Source: Eledone cirrhosa (lineage: Eukaryota). From it: a stretch of DNA of 64,000 bases. Below, piece by piece: positions 12,200-26,495 of this stretch. The stretch covers positions 66,588,001 to 66,652,000 of the forward strand of contig OZ024743.1 in the NCBI GenBank assembly GCA_964016885.1. The letters run 5' to 3'. Both the position numbers and the translations under genes were made by a program. The notes beneath the pieces were generated by a model that was not told the origin of the DNA, did not search any database, and saw only the letters and a list, made by a program, of their open reading frames with translations. The stretch's first letter is position 1. Every line of letters starts with the position of its first letter.

Positions 12200-12520
12200 A
12201 CACAAAGGTCTTTATCAGCAAAGATTTCCTCGTATGAACTAAATCATGGCATCAACAAAATGTGGCTTGTGTTCGAAAGCCCCATCTTTTACATATCCCC
12301 AGAAAAAGAAGTCCATAGGAGTGATCCGGCGAACGTGGTGGTCAGTCAAAGGTTTCCTAACGTCAAATCTACCTGTTGGATAATTCTTTGTCAAGTAGCC
12401 CATGCATAGTGAGTGCCAAGTGTGGTAGCACCTCATCCTGCTGAAAGTAGAAGTCCAGATCCTGTTGTTCGCGTACCTGTAGTATGATAGTATTTGTCAG
12501 CATGTTCAGTATAATCCTTA
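12200..12520 (-). pseudogene. IS630-Tc1-mariner transposase catalytic-domain remnant
   Basis: FYFQQDEVLPH and TPMDFFFWGYVKD motifs split across frames. Confidence 0.75.
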
Positions 12521-12742
12521 CTGTACACCTACTTTTACAACAACCTGTATTTCCGCTATCTCTAAGTCGGAACATAATATGACTTTGTATTTTTACATCC
12601 GTGTTTTTTTAATTTCATTTATCATATGAACTGTTGACCAGTCCATTAACACAATTGAGATACAGACACATATTTACAGAAAATCTCCCTCTCCCTAAAA
12701 GCAATTTTCTTCTGTGTGAAAAACACAACCACCACCACCACA

Positions 12743-12744
<2 letters not shown>

Positions 12745-12816
<72 letters not shown>
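12745..12816. repeat. (ACT)n microsatellite
   Basis: Pure tac/act repeat. Confidence 0.95.
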
Positions 12817-13199
12817 CTCTCTTTCTATACACAAGATTCCATTTCAGATCCAGTCTTCTTCTCAACAAGAAAGATTAACAAACTTGCCTCAACACTGGAG
12901 GGTTATATCCGTAGTAGTAGAGCACTCAGTCCATAAGACGAGTTTGGTAGAAGTAGTTCCACAACAGTTAATTCACCATTTCCGAGAGCAATTGTTTCAC
13001 CTTAGTCGGATCATCAGTTTGGTTTAAATGAGATTATACGGAAAAAGAAAAACAATTATACGAATACGCATGTGCAGAAGAAGTCACTTCCCAAAGACGG
13101 GGGGGGGGGGGGGGGGCAACTCACGTGACCATATCTGACTTGCGAGCTTCGTGGACGATCGTTTGTCCGGGTATATGAATGTCGACAGATGAGTCAGGG

Positions 13200-13370
13200 A
13201 GACACATATGGTCCCTCAAGGATGAAGGCATGGATTATTCCATTCAATGGAAAGTTATTACTAAGTCTAAACCATAGAGAAAATGGAATCCATCTTGTGG
13301 GCTGTGCATTGAAGAAAAAATCAATATCTTGCGGATCGTAATAGTTCTTCTCTAAATACAAGGAATGTCC
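13200..13370 (+). pseudogene. PLE GIY-YIG C-terminal fragment (Nematis-like)
   Basis: HIWSLKDEGMDYSIQWKVITKSKP*..CGLCIEEKINIL, homologous to the ORFs at 4819, 16087 and 20568. Confidence 0.65.
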
Positions 13371-13698
13371 ACACGTTTCGAAACACTTATTACGTAATTT
13401 CAAAACTACAGACTGACTACCCAACCGAATCGGTGGACTGAATAACATGAATAATCCATTTTTTGCTCATAATTTGAATTTGCCCGCCAATTTAGCTCCC
13501 CTTGGAGAAGCATGTGCTCACTTACAACCGGCCTGGCGTCTGAACGGAAGCCTGTTGAGAAAGTAAATCCACTGTTCGATCTTCCAGACCCAAGTACTTG
13601 CATAGACAGCAGGCGGATTTTGTAGATTTCGAATTTACAGAAACCTAACTCAGATATTTCAAAATATCGAAGTGATGGTCCAGGTTTGTTTTATATAT

Positions 13699-14216
<518 letters not shown>

Positions 14217-14422
14217 CGTATGTACTTTTTCTCGCGAGTCAGTTCTTTCGTTGCTACGGTCCCCGCGGCTGAATTACCGGTCGCTATCTTCAATTTGCAA
14301 GGCCCTTTAAACGGTATGTTATTACTGTAAGGTTTTATACCTTATTGACTGCTTGGCTGCATTTCTGATAGCATTCGTTGGCTTAGCTGCGGCTCTAGCT
14401 TCGAATATGCTGTACTTCCATT

Positions 14423-14495
<73 letters not shown>

Positions 14496-14631
14496 ATGTA
14501 TATATATATATGTATATATATTTATGTATATATATTTATTTTTTATTTTATTTATTTTATTTTTATTTTTATCACACACAAACACACACACATACACACA
14601 CACACACACACAAACACACACATATATGTGT

Positions 14632-14880
14632 GGAGGCACGTAGCTTAGTGGTAAGGGTGTTGGACTTACGATCATATGCCGTGGGTTCGATTCCTGGGTT
14701 GCGAGTTGTGTTCTTGAGTAGAAAACTTCATTTCACGTTGCTCCAGTATACGCAATTGTAAATGAGTACCAGCAATAGCTGGGGGTTTAAGCCTGCGATG
14801 GGCTGGCGTCCTGTCCAGGGGGAAATCTTGAAATCGGGATAAGCACCGGCCAAATGAGCCTTCTGACTTAACACAGACTT
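14632..14880 (+). mobile_element. tRNA-derived SINE family 2
   Basis: A box tagcttagtgg, B box ggttcgattcc, central aaatgagtacc and gatgggctggcgtcctgtccaggg; second copy at 53360-53670 (-). Confidence 0.8.
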
Positions 14881-14933
14881 TTTACATAACATACATATAT
14901 ATATATATATGTATATATATATGTATATATTTA

Positions 14934-15022
<89 letters not shown>

Positions 15023-15034
15023 ATGTGTGTATGT

Positions 15035-15138
<104 letters not shown>

Positions 15139-15669
15139 ATGTGTGTGTGTCAGGCTGCTCTCGAGTGCTACTGGTAACATGTAATCCTGTACAACCTGTC
15201 TCATGGTCAGGTCGTCGGTGACCAAACCCGCAACCTCAACAATCTTGCTTGGTGAGGAGGGGGATTTTTGGACACTCTGCGGGATGAAATACAAGAGCCG
15301 GCAAAGGGCGGTGGAACTCAGCAGAATCAACGGTCATCAAAATAGTACATCCCCCCCCACCTGGGAGTGAAAAGCCCCCAGTTGTTGTCACAACACCTTT
15401 CTAGGAGAGGGAAACTATGAAGAAAAAAAAAACCTGCGTCTTCGGAAGCATCCGATGATGTTGACCAGTTCTCCTTTTCGGGTAGTGTTTTCGATGCACA
15501 GAGAGTGGGATTAGTCGAGTTCAAGGCCTTTCCCCACTTAGAAAACCTTCAAAACACAGGGATTGCTTGTTCAAGATATGTTACAGGTTCATGTGGCTGG
15601 CCGTAGCCTAAAAGTGCACCAAACTCTTTAATCTGACAAGCAATTGCAATACTCTTGGCAGAGTTTGCC

Positions 15670-15729
<60 letters not shown>

Positions 15730-15817
15730 GGCAAACTCTTCAGAAGATCCCGTTAAGGGTGAAAGCAGCGAGTCTTTGCTTAAACTTTAATCTGTTATTT
15801 TAATATATATATATATG

Positions 15818-15906
<89 letters not shown>

Positions 15907-15964
15907 GATGTGAGTAATATTGTAGAATAATAAAACTATGCATATATCAGTTGGTAGAACTGGA

Positions 15965-17405
15965 GTATATATAATGAAGAAATTAAAAGATGGTTATAAA
16001 AGTTCCGTAAATGCAATTGCCCTATTAGAACTAATTGTCCTCTTAGTAACTTCTGTCTCGATAAAAACCTAGTATATGAATGTAAAGTGGTAACTAGTAC
16101 CTATACCAATACCTACATTGGCTCTACTTCTACTTCTTTTAAAGCAAGACTCTATAACCATTCTTCTACATTTAAATATCCACTTAAAAAGACCAGCACT
16201 GTACTCTCAGAACTTATTTGGTCCTTAAAAGACAAAAACATTAATTACGAAATTTCTTGGCGTAAAATTTGCAACGCTTTTCCTTACTCCAATGCTTCCA
16301 TATCTAGGGTTTGTAATTTATGTCTAGCTGAAAAAATTACCATTATCTCGAATTTCAACTTTTTAATAAATAGACGTACAGATTTATTTGGACTTTGTAA
16401 CCATAAATCTTTTAAGGACCTTTCACAAAGTTTACAGCTAATGTCCTATAACATATTCCACGAATAACGGTTAATTTTTTTACACATATATATTTTCTAC
16501 ACATATATCTTTTCACACATTTTTTCTCACATATTTCATTATATTCTACAATGTATTAATTCTCTTTTCTCTGCACTTTTAAGCCTTTCACCTTTTTTCC
16601 GTCTATTGCCTTAAATTTTGTTCAAACCTTCGTAGATTTTGTAAACAAACTATGACGTCATATGTCTTTCTACGTTTATAAACCATTCTAGCAATTTCCT
16701 TTATTTACTTGTTGATATAAAATACTAATTAAATTCTATACCCCACATATATCCATTTTTAGTAGTCATTTTTAATTTTGACATAGATAGACTATTCTTA
16801 TTTTTATTTTTTATTCTATTCTATCTTATTTTATTTTATTTTAATTTTATTTTATTTATAAACCCTTTTTTTTATAATTATTATAATTATTTTAATTTAA
16901 TTTTATTTAATTTTATTTTATTTTATTAATACATTTTTACACTTCTTAATCCAATTTTTAGTATTCAAACTCAATATAAAATAATATACCCAGTTTCTAT
17001 ATTCTAGACCTCTAATATTTGTAATATTAGCGCATACACCTCATCAATTTATTTATTTATTTTTTTAGCCGTTATTTACAGATGTTTTTTTATTTTTGAC
17101 AGCGTTCCCAATCAAAAGTCTTTCTCTCTCTCTTTCTCTCTCTCTCTCCTCCTTCTTTCTTTCTTTTTCCTCTCTTCTATTTCTTTTTCCTTCTTCTTTC
17201 CTTTTCTTCATTTTTCCTATTTTTTTCTCTTCTCTTATATTTTTGTCATATGTAGACTACACACTTGCTTGTTCACAAGTGTTTTTAGGCCTCATATCAT
17301 GTCACCTTATTTTATCTAATGAGAACACAATTTTTGTCCCAGAATGATGTTGTTTTCGAAATGCGCATAATAAAATATATGGAACTTTTTTAACCATCTT
17401 TTAAT
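15965..17405 (+). mobile_element. 5'-truncated Nematis-type Penelope-like element with GIY-YIG remnant (~16011-16467)
   Basis: CNCPIRTNC (CxCx5C), VYEC..YIGST..FKARLYNH..LIWSLK..CNLC; 3' pLTR with HHR; inverted terminal piece at 15985-16008 complementary to 17381-17405. Confidence 0.85.
17308..17377 (+). ncRNA. Hammerhead motif with mutated core (CUAAUGA)
   Basis: tattttat-CTAATGA-gaac...gttttc-GAAA-tgcgca-TA-ataaaata. Confidence 0.65.
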
Positions 17406-17479
17406 ATATATATATACATATTAGAAAGTGAGGTTTTTTTACAAAATGAAAAAAAACTCGAGGTATCCTAGTGAAAGTA

Positions 17480-18355
17480 TAAGGAAAAAAGATGAAATCG
17501 AAAATGCAACTGGAGTTTTCTTTTTTTTTTAAATATATTTATTTGGTTCCTTTAACCGGGTTTCGCAGTTCTTGTGCTTTTCAAAAGTAGAATTGAGATG
17601 GAGGTTTTGTGGTTTTCTCTCACATCTGGTTGGTGTTTGAATGTTACTTCTGTTTTATATGGAAAAAAAGTGGCTCGAAATGATAGGTTTTTAGAGAAGT
17701 AATTTGGTTGTTTGATGACTGTCACGTGAACAAAAGCACATTAAATTTCGCGCCCGTATTTTGGAATTTTCTTTGTAGCCATTTAGAGAATTTTGTGCCA
17801 AACAAAAGATAAAGGTCAAGAAAAACGGGATGGGCGCGAAATTTAATGTACTTGTTTACGTGATAGTCATAATTTCATTCATAACCAATTAAATTACATT
17901 TATAAAAAAAGCGTTCGTGAGCCACTTTTTTTTAAAGTAAAAAGAAATTCAAACACAAACAGGCGCGAAAGCTGATGTGCTCATTCACGTGACTGCATCA
18001 ACCAATCAAACTTCACTCATGTATGAAAAAATAAAATGAGACCCCCTCTTTTTGAAGGCAAATATAATAAAAACTTTGTAACGTGAACTGGCGCGAAATT
18101 TATTATACTTATTCACATGACAGTCATCAACCAAACAAAATACTTTTCTAAAAACCTAGCATTTCGAGCCCCTTTTTTCCATATAAAACAGAAGTAACAT
18201 TGAAACACGAACCAGATGTGAGAAAAACCACAAACCCTCCATCTCAATTCTACTTTTGAAAAGAACAAGGACTGCGAAACCGGTAAAGGAACCAAATAAA
18301 TATATTAAAAAAAAAAAGACTCCAGTTGCATTTTCGATTTCATCTTTTTTCCTTA
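17480..18355. mobile_element. Fold-back element with ~270-bp inverted arms and internal ggcgcgaaa/tcacgtgac sub-repeats
   Basis: taaggaaaaaagatgaaatcgaaaatgcaactggagt at 17480 mirrored at ~18318-18355; related copy at 49985-50265. Confidence 0.7.
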
Positions 18356-18408
18356 ATATATATATATAGTATATATATATATATATATATACACATACAT
18401 ACATACAT

Positions 18409-18505
<97 letters not shown>

Positions 18506-18600
18506 CACATACATATATATATATATAATTCGATATTTAACTCAGCTTCATTTTCATTTTTAATAGAAATCAATTTCAAAACTTATATCCAAAACCTAAC

Positions 18601-18675
18601 TATTTCATCTGATGAACAAGCTGGAGATTTGTGTAAGGGTTTTCTAGTTTAATGAAACCTTTGGTAAATGGAATA
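18601..18675 (+). ncRNA. Type I hammerhead motif (family E)
   Basis: tatttcat-CTGATGA-acaagctgga..tctagttt-aat-GAAA-cctttgg-TA-a-atggaata; 3' half also at ~56258-56282 (-). Confidence 0.6.
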
Positions 18676-18785
18676 ATTACATTTTGTTGTTTATTATGTA
18701 ATTAAATAGCTCTGTACTATACATGGAGTACTCGTCTTTCATTTACCTTTTCTACGGAAATACTTAACACACACACACATATATG

Positions 18786-18827
<42 letters not shown>

Positions 18828-18873
18828 ACGCACTTAAACAACATGTTCACCCGTCTCTACCACACCGATTCGG

Positions 18874-18928
18874 ACTGCCTGAAGACGTCACAGCCAATGA
18901 TGGCTGTCACCGAAATATATATAGCAGT
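18874..18928 (+). ncRNA. Type I minimal hammerhead motif (family F)
   Basis: actgc-CTGAAGA-cgtcacagcca-atga-tggctgtcacc-GAAA-tatata-TA-gcagt. Confidence 0.85.
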
Positions 18929-18987
18929 ATATCTATAATTTATAATGAACGCGGCCAAATTTTACCTATTTGACTTAATTATATATG

Positions 18988-19087
<100 letters not shown>

Positions 19088-19124
19088 TACAAATATTAAT
19101 AAAATAGATGTTCTTTTGATCAAT

Positions 19125-19190
19125 TACATTTTATTACACATATTTCGGATTTCGGATGTACAACAGTACGTCCTCATCAGACAAAATATA
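19125..19190 (-). ncRNA. Type I hammerhead motif in the 3' pLTR (family A)
   Basis: tattttgt-CTGATGA-ggacgtactgttgtacatcc-gaaatcc-GAAA-tatgtg-TA-ataaaatg; in the sense orientation of the PLE ORF; 7-nt duplication before GAAA. Confidence 0.7.
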
Positions 19191-20567
19191 ATGATACATG
19201 ACATACCCTGAGATGTTAAATGGTTAAGATTTAATCAAGGTAGTGATTAACCTAAGAGAAAATTTAACATTTATACCCTAATAATGAGAAAATGCGAAAA
19301 CGTAATAAATTCAATAGAGAATGTTTGAGTAAGAAAAACATTGGTTAATGCGACACTTATAGAGATGTTAAAATGTATGATACTACAATTTATGTTTACC
19401 TAGGAAAACATCTCATGAATTATAACAGTTAATGAGAGCCACTGAAATAGGATTTATATAGAGGGAAAGATAAGGGGGGTAATATATGCAGAAGGAGATT
19501 TTTTCCGAAAGTTAAACGGTTAAGTTTGAAAATATTTAATTTATGCTATTTTAGGGTGAAGAATCAAGATTTTATTTTTTTTTTACATTGGTGGTTATTT
19601 ATATTTATTAGTTTTGTAAATTCTATAAGTGTGTTAACATTTCTAAACTTCTGGATTTTATGAGGATAACATTTAAAGGATTTAGCTGGCCAGCGAAAAG
19701 GAATGTTTACACTGTTGAATATTTTCCTAAATGTAAACTTTAACGAAGATAATCAATGTCAACATATCGGTATGTAAAGCTTATGAAGTACTTATTGTTA
19801 GAAATATTTAAATAACGATTATGTATATAGATATATATATTAATGAGCCAGTATATTTTAGGTAAATGATAACGAAAAGGAAAATAAAATAATAGATTGA
19901 GGCATGCTAAAGTTAAATATATACCTATATATAACAGGGTGTAAATGCATTAATTATTCATAGTTCAAAATAAATACTAATCGAGAAATTTAGAAGTTAA
20001 CTAAAAATTATGTATAGAAAGATACAGGGAGGTATATATGGATATATATTAGGTATTAATGATACAGTATACTTTAGGTAAATGATAACGGTTATAATTT
20101 TATATAATAAAATTCGACGTGTTACAGTTATATACATACATATATATAAGAAAAACAATAATAAATGCATGGATAATTCAGAGTTCAAAATAAGGTCTAT
20201 AATAATTTATAGTTTGGATATTTGCTCTATATTTGAATCATGGATATAAAAATGCGGTAGGTATATTTAAAAACTTACAAAATATAATTACATACATATT
20301 ATAAATAAGAGATAAAAAATGTAAATGCCTGAAAGATTCACAGTTAGAAATAAGTTCCGTAAAAATGTATGGGTTGGATATTAAACTAAAATTTAAAACT
20401 TAGATAGGAAGATAAAGATAGAGAAATAAAGAAATAATGGTATGGATCAAGGTTATTAATATTATGTTATGTATATCAATGTTCCGGTGTGTTATTGAAC
20501 AAGTGCCTTTCATTCGAGCGTTATTTCTTCTATAGATAGTTATAAGATAATGTAATATTAAAGGCCA

Positions 20568-21738
20568 TTAATGTTTTTCCCTGTTGATTATATACGCTGA
20601 CAACCAAGTTTTTAATGGTTTAGTGTTTCTCTCTTTTTTTCTAGTTTTGTGGGAGGCTAAGAATGTGGACGTAGCTTTATGAAGGCAACTAGAGAATAAT
20701 TCACTTTTTTTGTTAATTAGGGTCTCATAGTTATTAATAATCAACAGGGTCTCCATTGTACAGAGCGCGCAGTTATTTGATATATTAGAGTTGCGGTAAA
20801 CTCCACAGTTCCGAAGTTTTGTCCAAAGAATGGAGTATTTTAAATTCCTCTCTTTTAATGACCATATGAGCTGTGATGAAGAAGTGGATGATTTCCTCTT
20901 GGAGTTCGAGAATGAGCATTTATGGTTCGCAAATCTGGCTTTAAATGTGGAAGAAGTCGATCCTATATAGTTGTATGTGTTGTGATCAGTATTTACGGTG
21001 CATTTATAAACCAAATTACTATCTAGACAATTATTTTGCAAAGGGCAATCAGTTTTATTTCTACAATTACATTTTGGTTTAGTATCATTTATGTTAGCTC
21101 TATTATTAAGATCATTATGCTGGTTTTGTTTTAGGATTTTAGTGTTTAATTTGGCAATGTTTTGGGCCATGTTCATAGTTGTAGAATACGAGAATTTAAT
21201 AGTATGTCTATTAAAAATGGAATGGTATTTATGTTGAGTAGCGAAAGATGTGTCCAAAGCGTTAAAGAATAATTTTGGAATTGGTGTTTTAACTGCGACC
21301 GAAGCAGGGAGTGGGTGGGGGGTGGCGAACCATATGACTGATTTAGTTCTAGTTCTTATCCTCGATTTAGTTGGCGTATGGGTGTTTGAATTATAATTAT
21401 TAGAGTTTCTCTTCTATATGTTATTATTTTTATCAAGATTAATAGTTGGATTATTATTATCTACATATTCTATATTATTCATATATCCTTCTCTTTTCAA
21501 CGCGTTGTTGTAGTATTCAGCGTTTTCATCGAATATAGCTTTATTGGCTGATATTTTATTAATTCGTTTTTGCACACTATTTACTATAGCTTTTTTTTAC
21601 AGATTTAGGGTGATTGAAATGGTTACTAACATAGTTTAAGTTTTCATTGGGCTTATGAAAAGGGTAATAGAAGCCAGTGTTTAAGTTAAAGGTAACGTCT
21701 AGGGAATTAACTATTTTGGTACCATTTTCTACTTCTAA
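20568..21738 (-). pseudogene. PLE polyprotein remnant (RT thumb plus GIY-YIG endonuclease)
   Basis: 229-aa ORF 20568-21257 plus frameshifted upstream RT C-terminus. Confidence 0.85.
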
Positions 21739-21908
21739 CTTCTACATCCGAAATATGTATAATAAAATGTAATTGATCAAAAGAACATCTATTTTATTAA
21801 TATTTGTATTTTAATATTAATAACTCTGGAAAATTATTTTGTCGTAGAGTGCTTCCAATCTACTGTAACACTCATTCTTTGATATACTCATTGAATTTTG
21901 TTTAACTC

Positions 21909-22152
<244 letters not shown>

Positions 22153-22338
22153 CTGTTATATAGTAAGGTGTATTATTGGTTGTGTAAAATGGTCCACTAA
22201 ATTTTTGTTAGCAATATTAAGTTCTCCACGCTTTTGTATATCTCCAATTCCATTCAAGGGAACAGCTCAATGATGTAAAACGGAGTATTAGTATCAAAAT
22301 GAAAATCCGAAGGCAAGGTAAAATTTCCAATCATTTAA

Positions 22339-22412
22339 TCACGACACATGTTTCAATAAGAGATAGATCGATCGTGAAGCCATGTTCGATTATCACTGAT
22401 CTCATCAGGTGA
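22339..22412 (-). ncRNA. Type I hammerhead motif (family G), GUC site
   Basis: tcac-CTGATGA-gatc...-GAAA-catgtg-TC-gtga. Confidence 0.75.
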
Positions 22413-22529
22413 AAATGAATTGTCTTCAAATTCTTGATATGAGGGAGAAAATTAGAAGAGGGAATAAACTCTGTGAGTGAACATTGCTAATTTTCTCCCT
22501 CATATCAAGAATTTGAAGACAATTCATTT

Positions 22530-22603
22530 TCACCTGATGAGATCAGTGATAATCGATCAGGGCTTCACGATCGATCTATCTCTTATTGAAACATGTTTCG
22601 TGA
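22530..22603 (+). ncRNA. Type I hammerhead motif (family G), UUC variant
   Basis: tcac-CTGATGA(22534)-...-GAAA(22588)-catgtt-TC-gtga. Confidence 0.65.
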
Positions 22604-22645
22604 TTAAATGATTGAACATTTAACCTCGCCTTCGGATTTTCATTT

Positions 22646-22732
<87 letters not shown>

Positions 22733-22749
22733 TATACACTCACACTTAT

Positions 22750-23555
22750 ATAACTTTGATAACTTTGATAGGTTTCGGCCAGTATTGGCCCAGGTCATGT
22801 CTAACTTAATAGCACCACCTGGCGAAGACTTACAAATCAGTGTTTGGGCACCATGGCCCACTCGAGCAGAGAGTTATTGTTTACAGAGGCATATCCGGGT
22901 GTAGGAGACTTATCCGGGATTTCTTGAAGGAATTTATCCAAAGACTTCTTGAACTTGATGGGGTCTGTCTCTGCTTTGATGTGTTTTGGTGTAATGTTAA
23001 AGAGTGCAGGGCCAATTGAGGTGAAATAATTGTGCCGTATTGTTGTTATGTGATGCGAGTGGGATTTTTGTCGTGGGCGGATAGCACGGGGCCCAAGCCT
23101 TGGGTGTACACTAAAGATGATGCCAACATCATTTGGGCTAAGCTGATAGAATATTTTCCACATCATACAGATAATGTAGCGCTCACGGCGACGTTGAAGA
23201 GAATAACGTTTGAGCTTTTCTAATCGACCCCAATAGTCAAGGCCTGTCATGCCAACTATCTTTTTTGTAATTGACCTTTGGGGTGCTTCAACTTTCATGA
23301 TACTTTGTTTCGTGTGAGGTGACCACAGTATTCAAGGTGGGGTCGGGCAAAAGTGGAGAAGAGAAGGACAACAGTGTGGATATCTCTCGACTGGAAAGTT
23401 CTGAGAATCCAGGAACACATTCTGCGGGCCATATCAACTGTTTATATAAGTGGCCCAGCTTATATTGTTGTCCACAATTACTCCCAGGTCTCTCATGTTA
23501 TTGGAAGCCACCAGGGTTTCACCCGAAGCAAGAGAGTATGGTAGTTTCAGACCAT
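22750..23555 (-). mobile_element. CR1/L2-group LINE 3' end
   Basis: [17 protein letters not shown] and YWGRLEKLKRYSLQRRRERY..FKKSLDKFL motifs; short tandem 3' tail (tatcaaagt)2. Confidence 0.8.
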
Positions 23556-23662
23556 ATATATATATATGTATATATGTATATATGTATATATGTATATATG
23601 TATATATATATATATATATATTGTTATACTTTGGGAGGGTCATGTTGCCAAATTCAGAAACG

Positions 23663-23709
<47 letters not shown>

Positions 23710-23835
23710 AAAGTTCTATTTAAAATTGTTGGGATACAAGTAAATATTTTTATAACTGATATAAAGCACTCGACAAGCATTTGGAGTAGATATACGATAT
23801 ACGATAAATGGAAACTATATTTATAAAACCATATT

Positions 23836-23900
23836 TATTTCATTATACATATTTCAGGGATACCAAATAAAATTATGGTATGCCTTCATCAGACAAAATA
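23836..23900 (-). ncRNA. Type I hammerhead motif (family A relative)
   Basis: tattttgt-CTGATGA-aggcatacca..tggtatccct-GAAA-tatgta-TA-atgaaata; degenerate copy at 56545-56607 (+). Confidence 0.8.
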
Positions 23901-23974
23901 CAATATATAACAGTTTTACAAATAAGCTTTGGCGTACCCTTTTAAAATGCAACCATTATTTTTGGAAGCCATCT

Positions 23975-24055
<81 letters not shown>

Positions 24056-24166
24056 CATATTTATATATATTATATATATATATAAGTGGAATAGAATGAA
24101 ACGAAATTTCATTTCTCACTCTTAGTACGGCACTTACTTAAATGTAAGTATGTATGTATGTATACG

Positions 24167-24214
<48 letters not shown>

Positions 24215-24566
24215 CATGTATGTATACATATATGTATGTATGTATACATATATGTATATACGTCTGTATACATATATGTATGTACGTATACATACATACA
24301 TACTTACATATATATATATATGCGTATATTATAATATATGTATTATATAATATGATATATATATATATATACATATATATGTATATGTATAGATGGCGTT
24401 ATGTATTTATATGTATATGTGTATATATGTGTGTATGTGTTTGTGTGTGCCCTTCTTTTATTTAGCCCTGCCTCTTGCAAAACCAAACCTCAACCCACTC
24501 CCTGAGAAGGGGTTGTACCATTCCTGGTTTCTTGGAATTAAGGACAATGTCAGAATGTCATGGATA

Positions 24567-24567
<1 letters not shown>

Positions 24568-24628
<61 letters not shown>

Positions 24629-24655
24629 CTAGTGGTAGTAGTAGTAGTAGTAGTG

Positions 24656-24704
<49 letters not shown>

Positions 24705-24816
24705 GAACGGTTGGGCGGTGGTGCTGGTAGTAGTAGTAGTAGTAGTAGCATTAGTTGTAGTAGTAGTAGTAGTAGTTGTTGTAGTTGTAGTTGTAGCTAT
24801 TGTTATAGTAGTTGTT

Positions 24817-24847
<31 letters not shown>

Positions 24848-25413
24848 TAGTAGTAGTTATTACTGTAGTAGTAGTAGTTGTAGTAGAAGTAGTAGTAGTA
24901 GTAGTTGTTGTAGTAGTAGTTGTAGTAGTAGTAGTAGTTGTAGTAGTAGTAGTTATTACTGTAGTAGTAGTAGTTGTAGTAGAAGTAGTAGTAGTAGTAG
25001 TTGTTGTAGTTGTAGTTGTAGCTATTGTTATAGTAGTTGTTGTAGCCTTTGTAGTTGCAGTTATAGTAGTAGTAGTAGTAGTAGCAGTAGTAGTAGTAGT
25101 AGTAGTGGTAGTAGTAGTAGTTATTACTGTAGTAGTAGTAGTTGTAGTAGTTGTAGTAGTAGTAGTAGTTGTAGTAGTTATTACTGTTGTAGTAGTAGTA
25201 GTAGTTGTAGTAGTTATTACTGTTGTAGTAGTAGTAGTTGTAGTAGTAGTAGTAGTAGTAGTTATTACTGTTGTAGTAGTAGTAGTTGTTGTAGTAGTAG
25301 TAGTTGTAGTAGTAGTAGTAGTAGTAGTAGTAGTTATTACTGTTGTAGTAGTAGTAGTTGTAGTAGTAGTAGTAGTAGTAGTTGTAGTAGTAGTAGTAGT
25401 AGTAGTTATTACT

Positions 25414-25475
<62 letters not shown>

Positions 25476-25490
25476 TATTAATGTTGTTGT
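24568..25490. repeat. (GTA/GTT)n compound microsatellite
   Basis: Direct inspection. Confidence 0.95.
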
Positions 25491-25775
25491 AGTTGCAGTT
25501 GCCAGGCTTTCCATATCAGTACATATGTACGGCCATCAACAACCGACTTATATGTCACCCTACATGTGATGAGGGCATGCTGAACTCCGAATATCCTGTC
25601 TTCACACACATATACACACATCACACACATGCACATATACACATACATGCACAAACAAACACTTATACGTGCAAAAACACACCCACACACTTACACGTGC
25701 ACCCACACATGTTCACATAGAAACACATTTTATACAGATAGACACACACATATATATATATATATATATACATAC

Positions 25776-25814
<39 letters not shown>

Positions 25815-25851
25815 GAGTATATATATGTATATATGTATATACATACCTATT

Positions 25852-25921
<70 letters not shown>

Positions 25922-25948
25922 TATATACATATACATATATATATATAT

Positions 25949-26092
<144 letters not shown>

Positions 26093-26495
26093 ATATATAT
26101 ATACATACATACATACATATATGTATATATATATATATATATATACACATTATATGATAAATAGATAGATGTATCGATAGATATATGCATACACACACTC
26201 ACACACATACACACTCACATATATATGTATATATATATATATATGTGTGTATGTGAGTGTGTGTGTATATGTGTGTGAGTGTGTGAGCGTGCGTGTGTGT
26301 GTGTGCGAGTCTGTATGTGTGTGTAAGTGTGTATATGCGAGTATGTGTGTGTGAGTGTCTGTGTGTGTGTGTGTGTGTGTGTGAGTGTGTGTGTGTACAA
26401 CTGCGTACATACATTCATGTACACACAACCGACATATTTTGCAGGTCAGGGCCAGACCAAGCATACGTGTACCGAGAGAGGTTCTTAGTTGGTCT

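Larger units (their letters stand above)
22292..22650. mobile_element. Fold-back pLTR pair (family G) with twin hammerheads
   Basis: ~165-bp inverted arms, ~30-bp spacer; followed by (TA)n. Confidence 0.85.

Noticed and set aside
14632-14700. tRNA gene
   Set aside because: The A and B boxes belong to a SINE head. There is no complete cloverleaf, and a SINE body follows.
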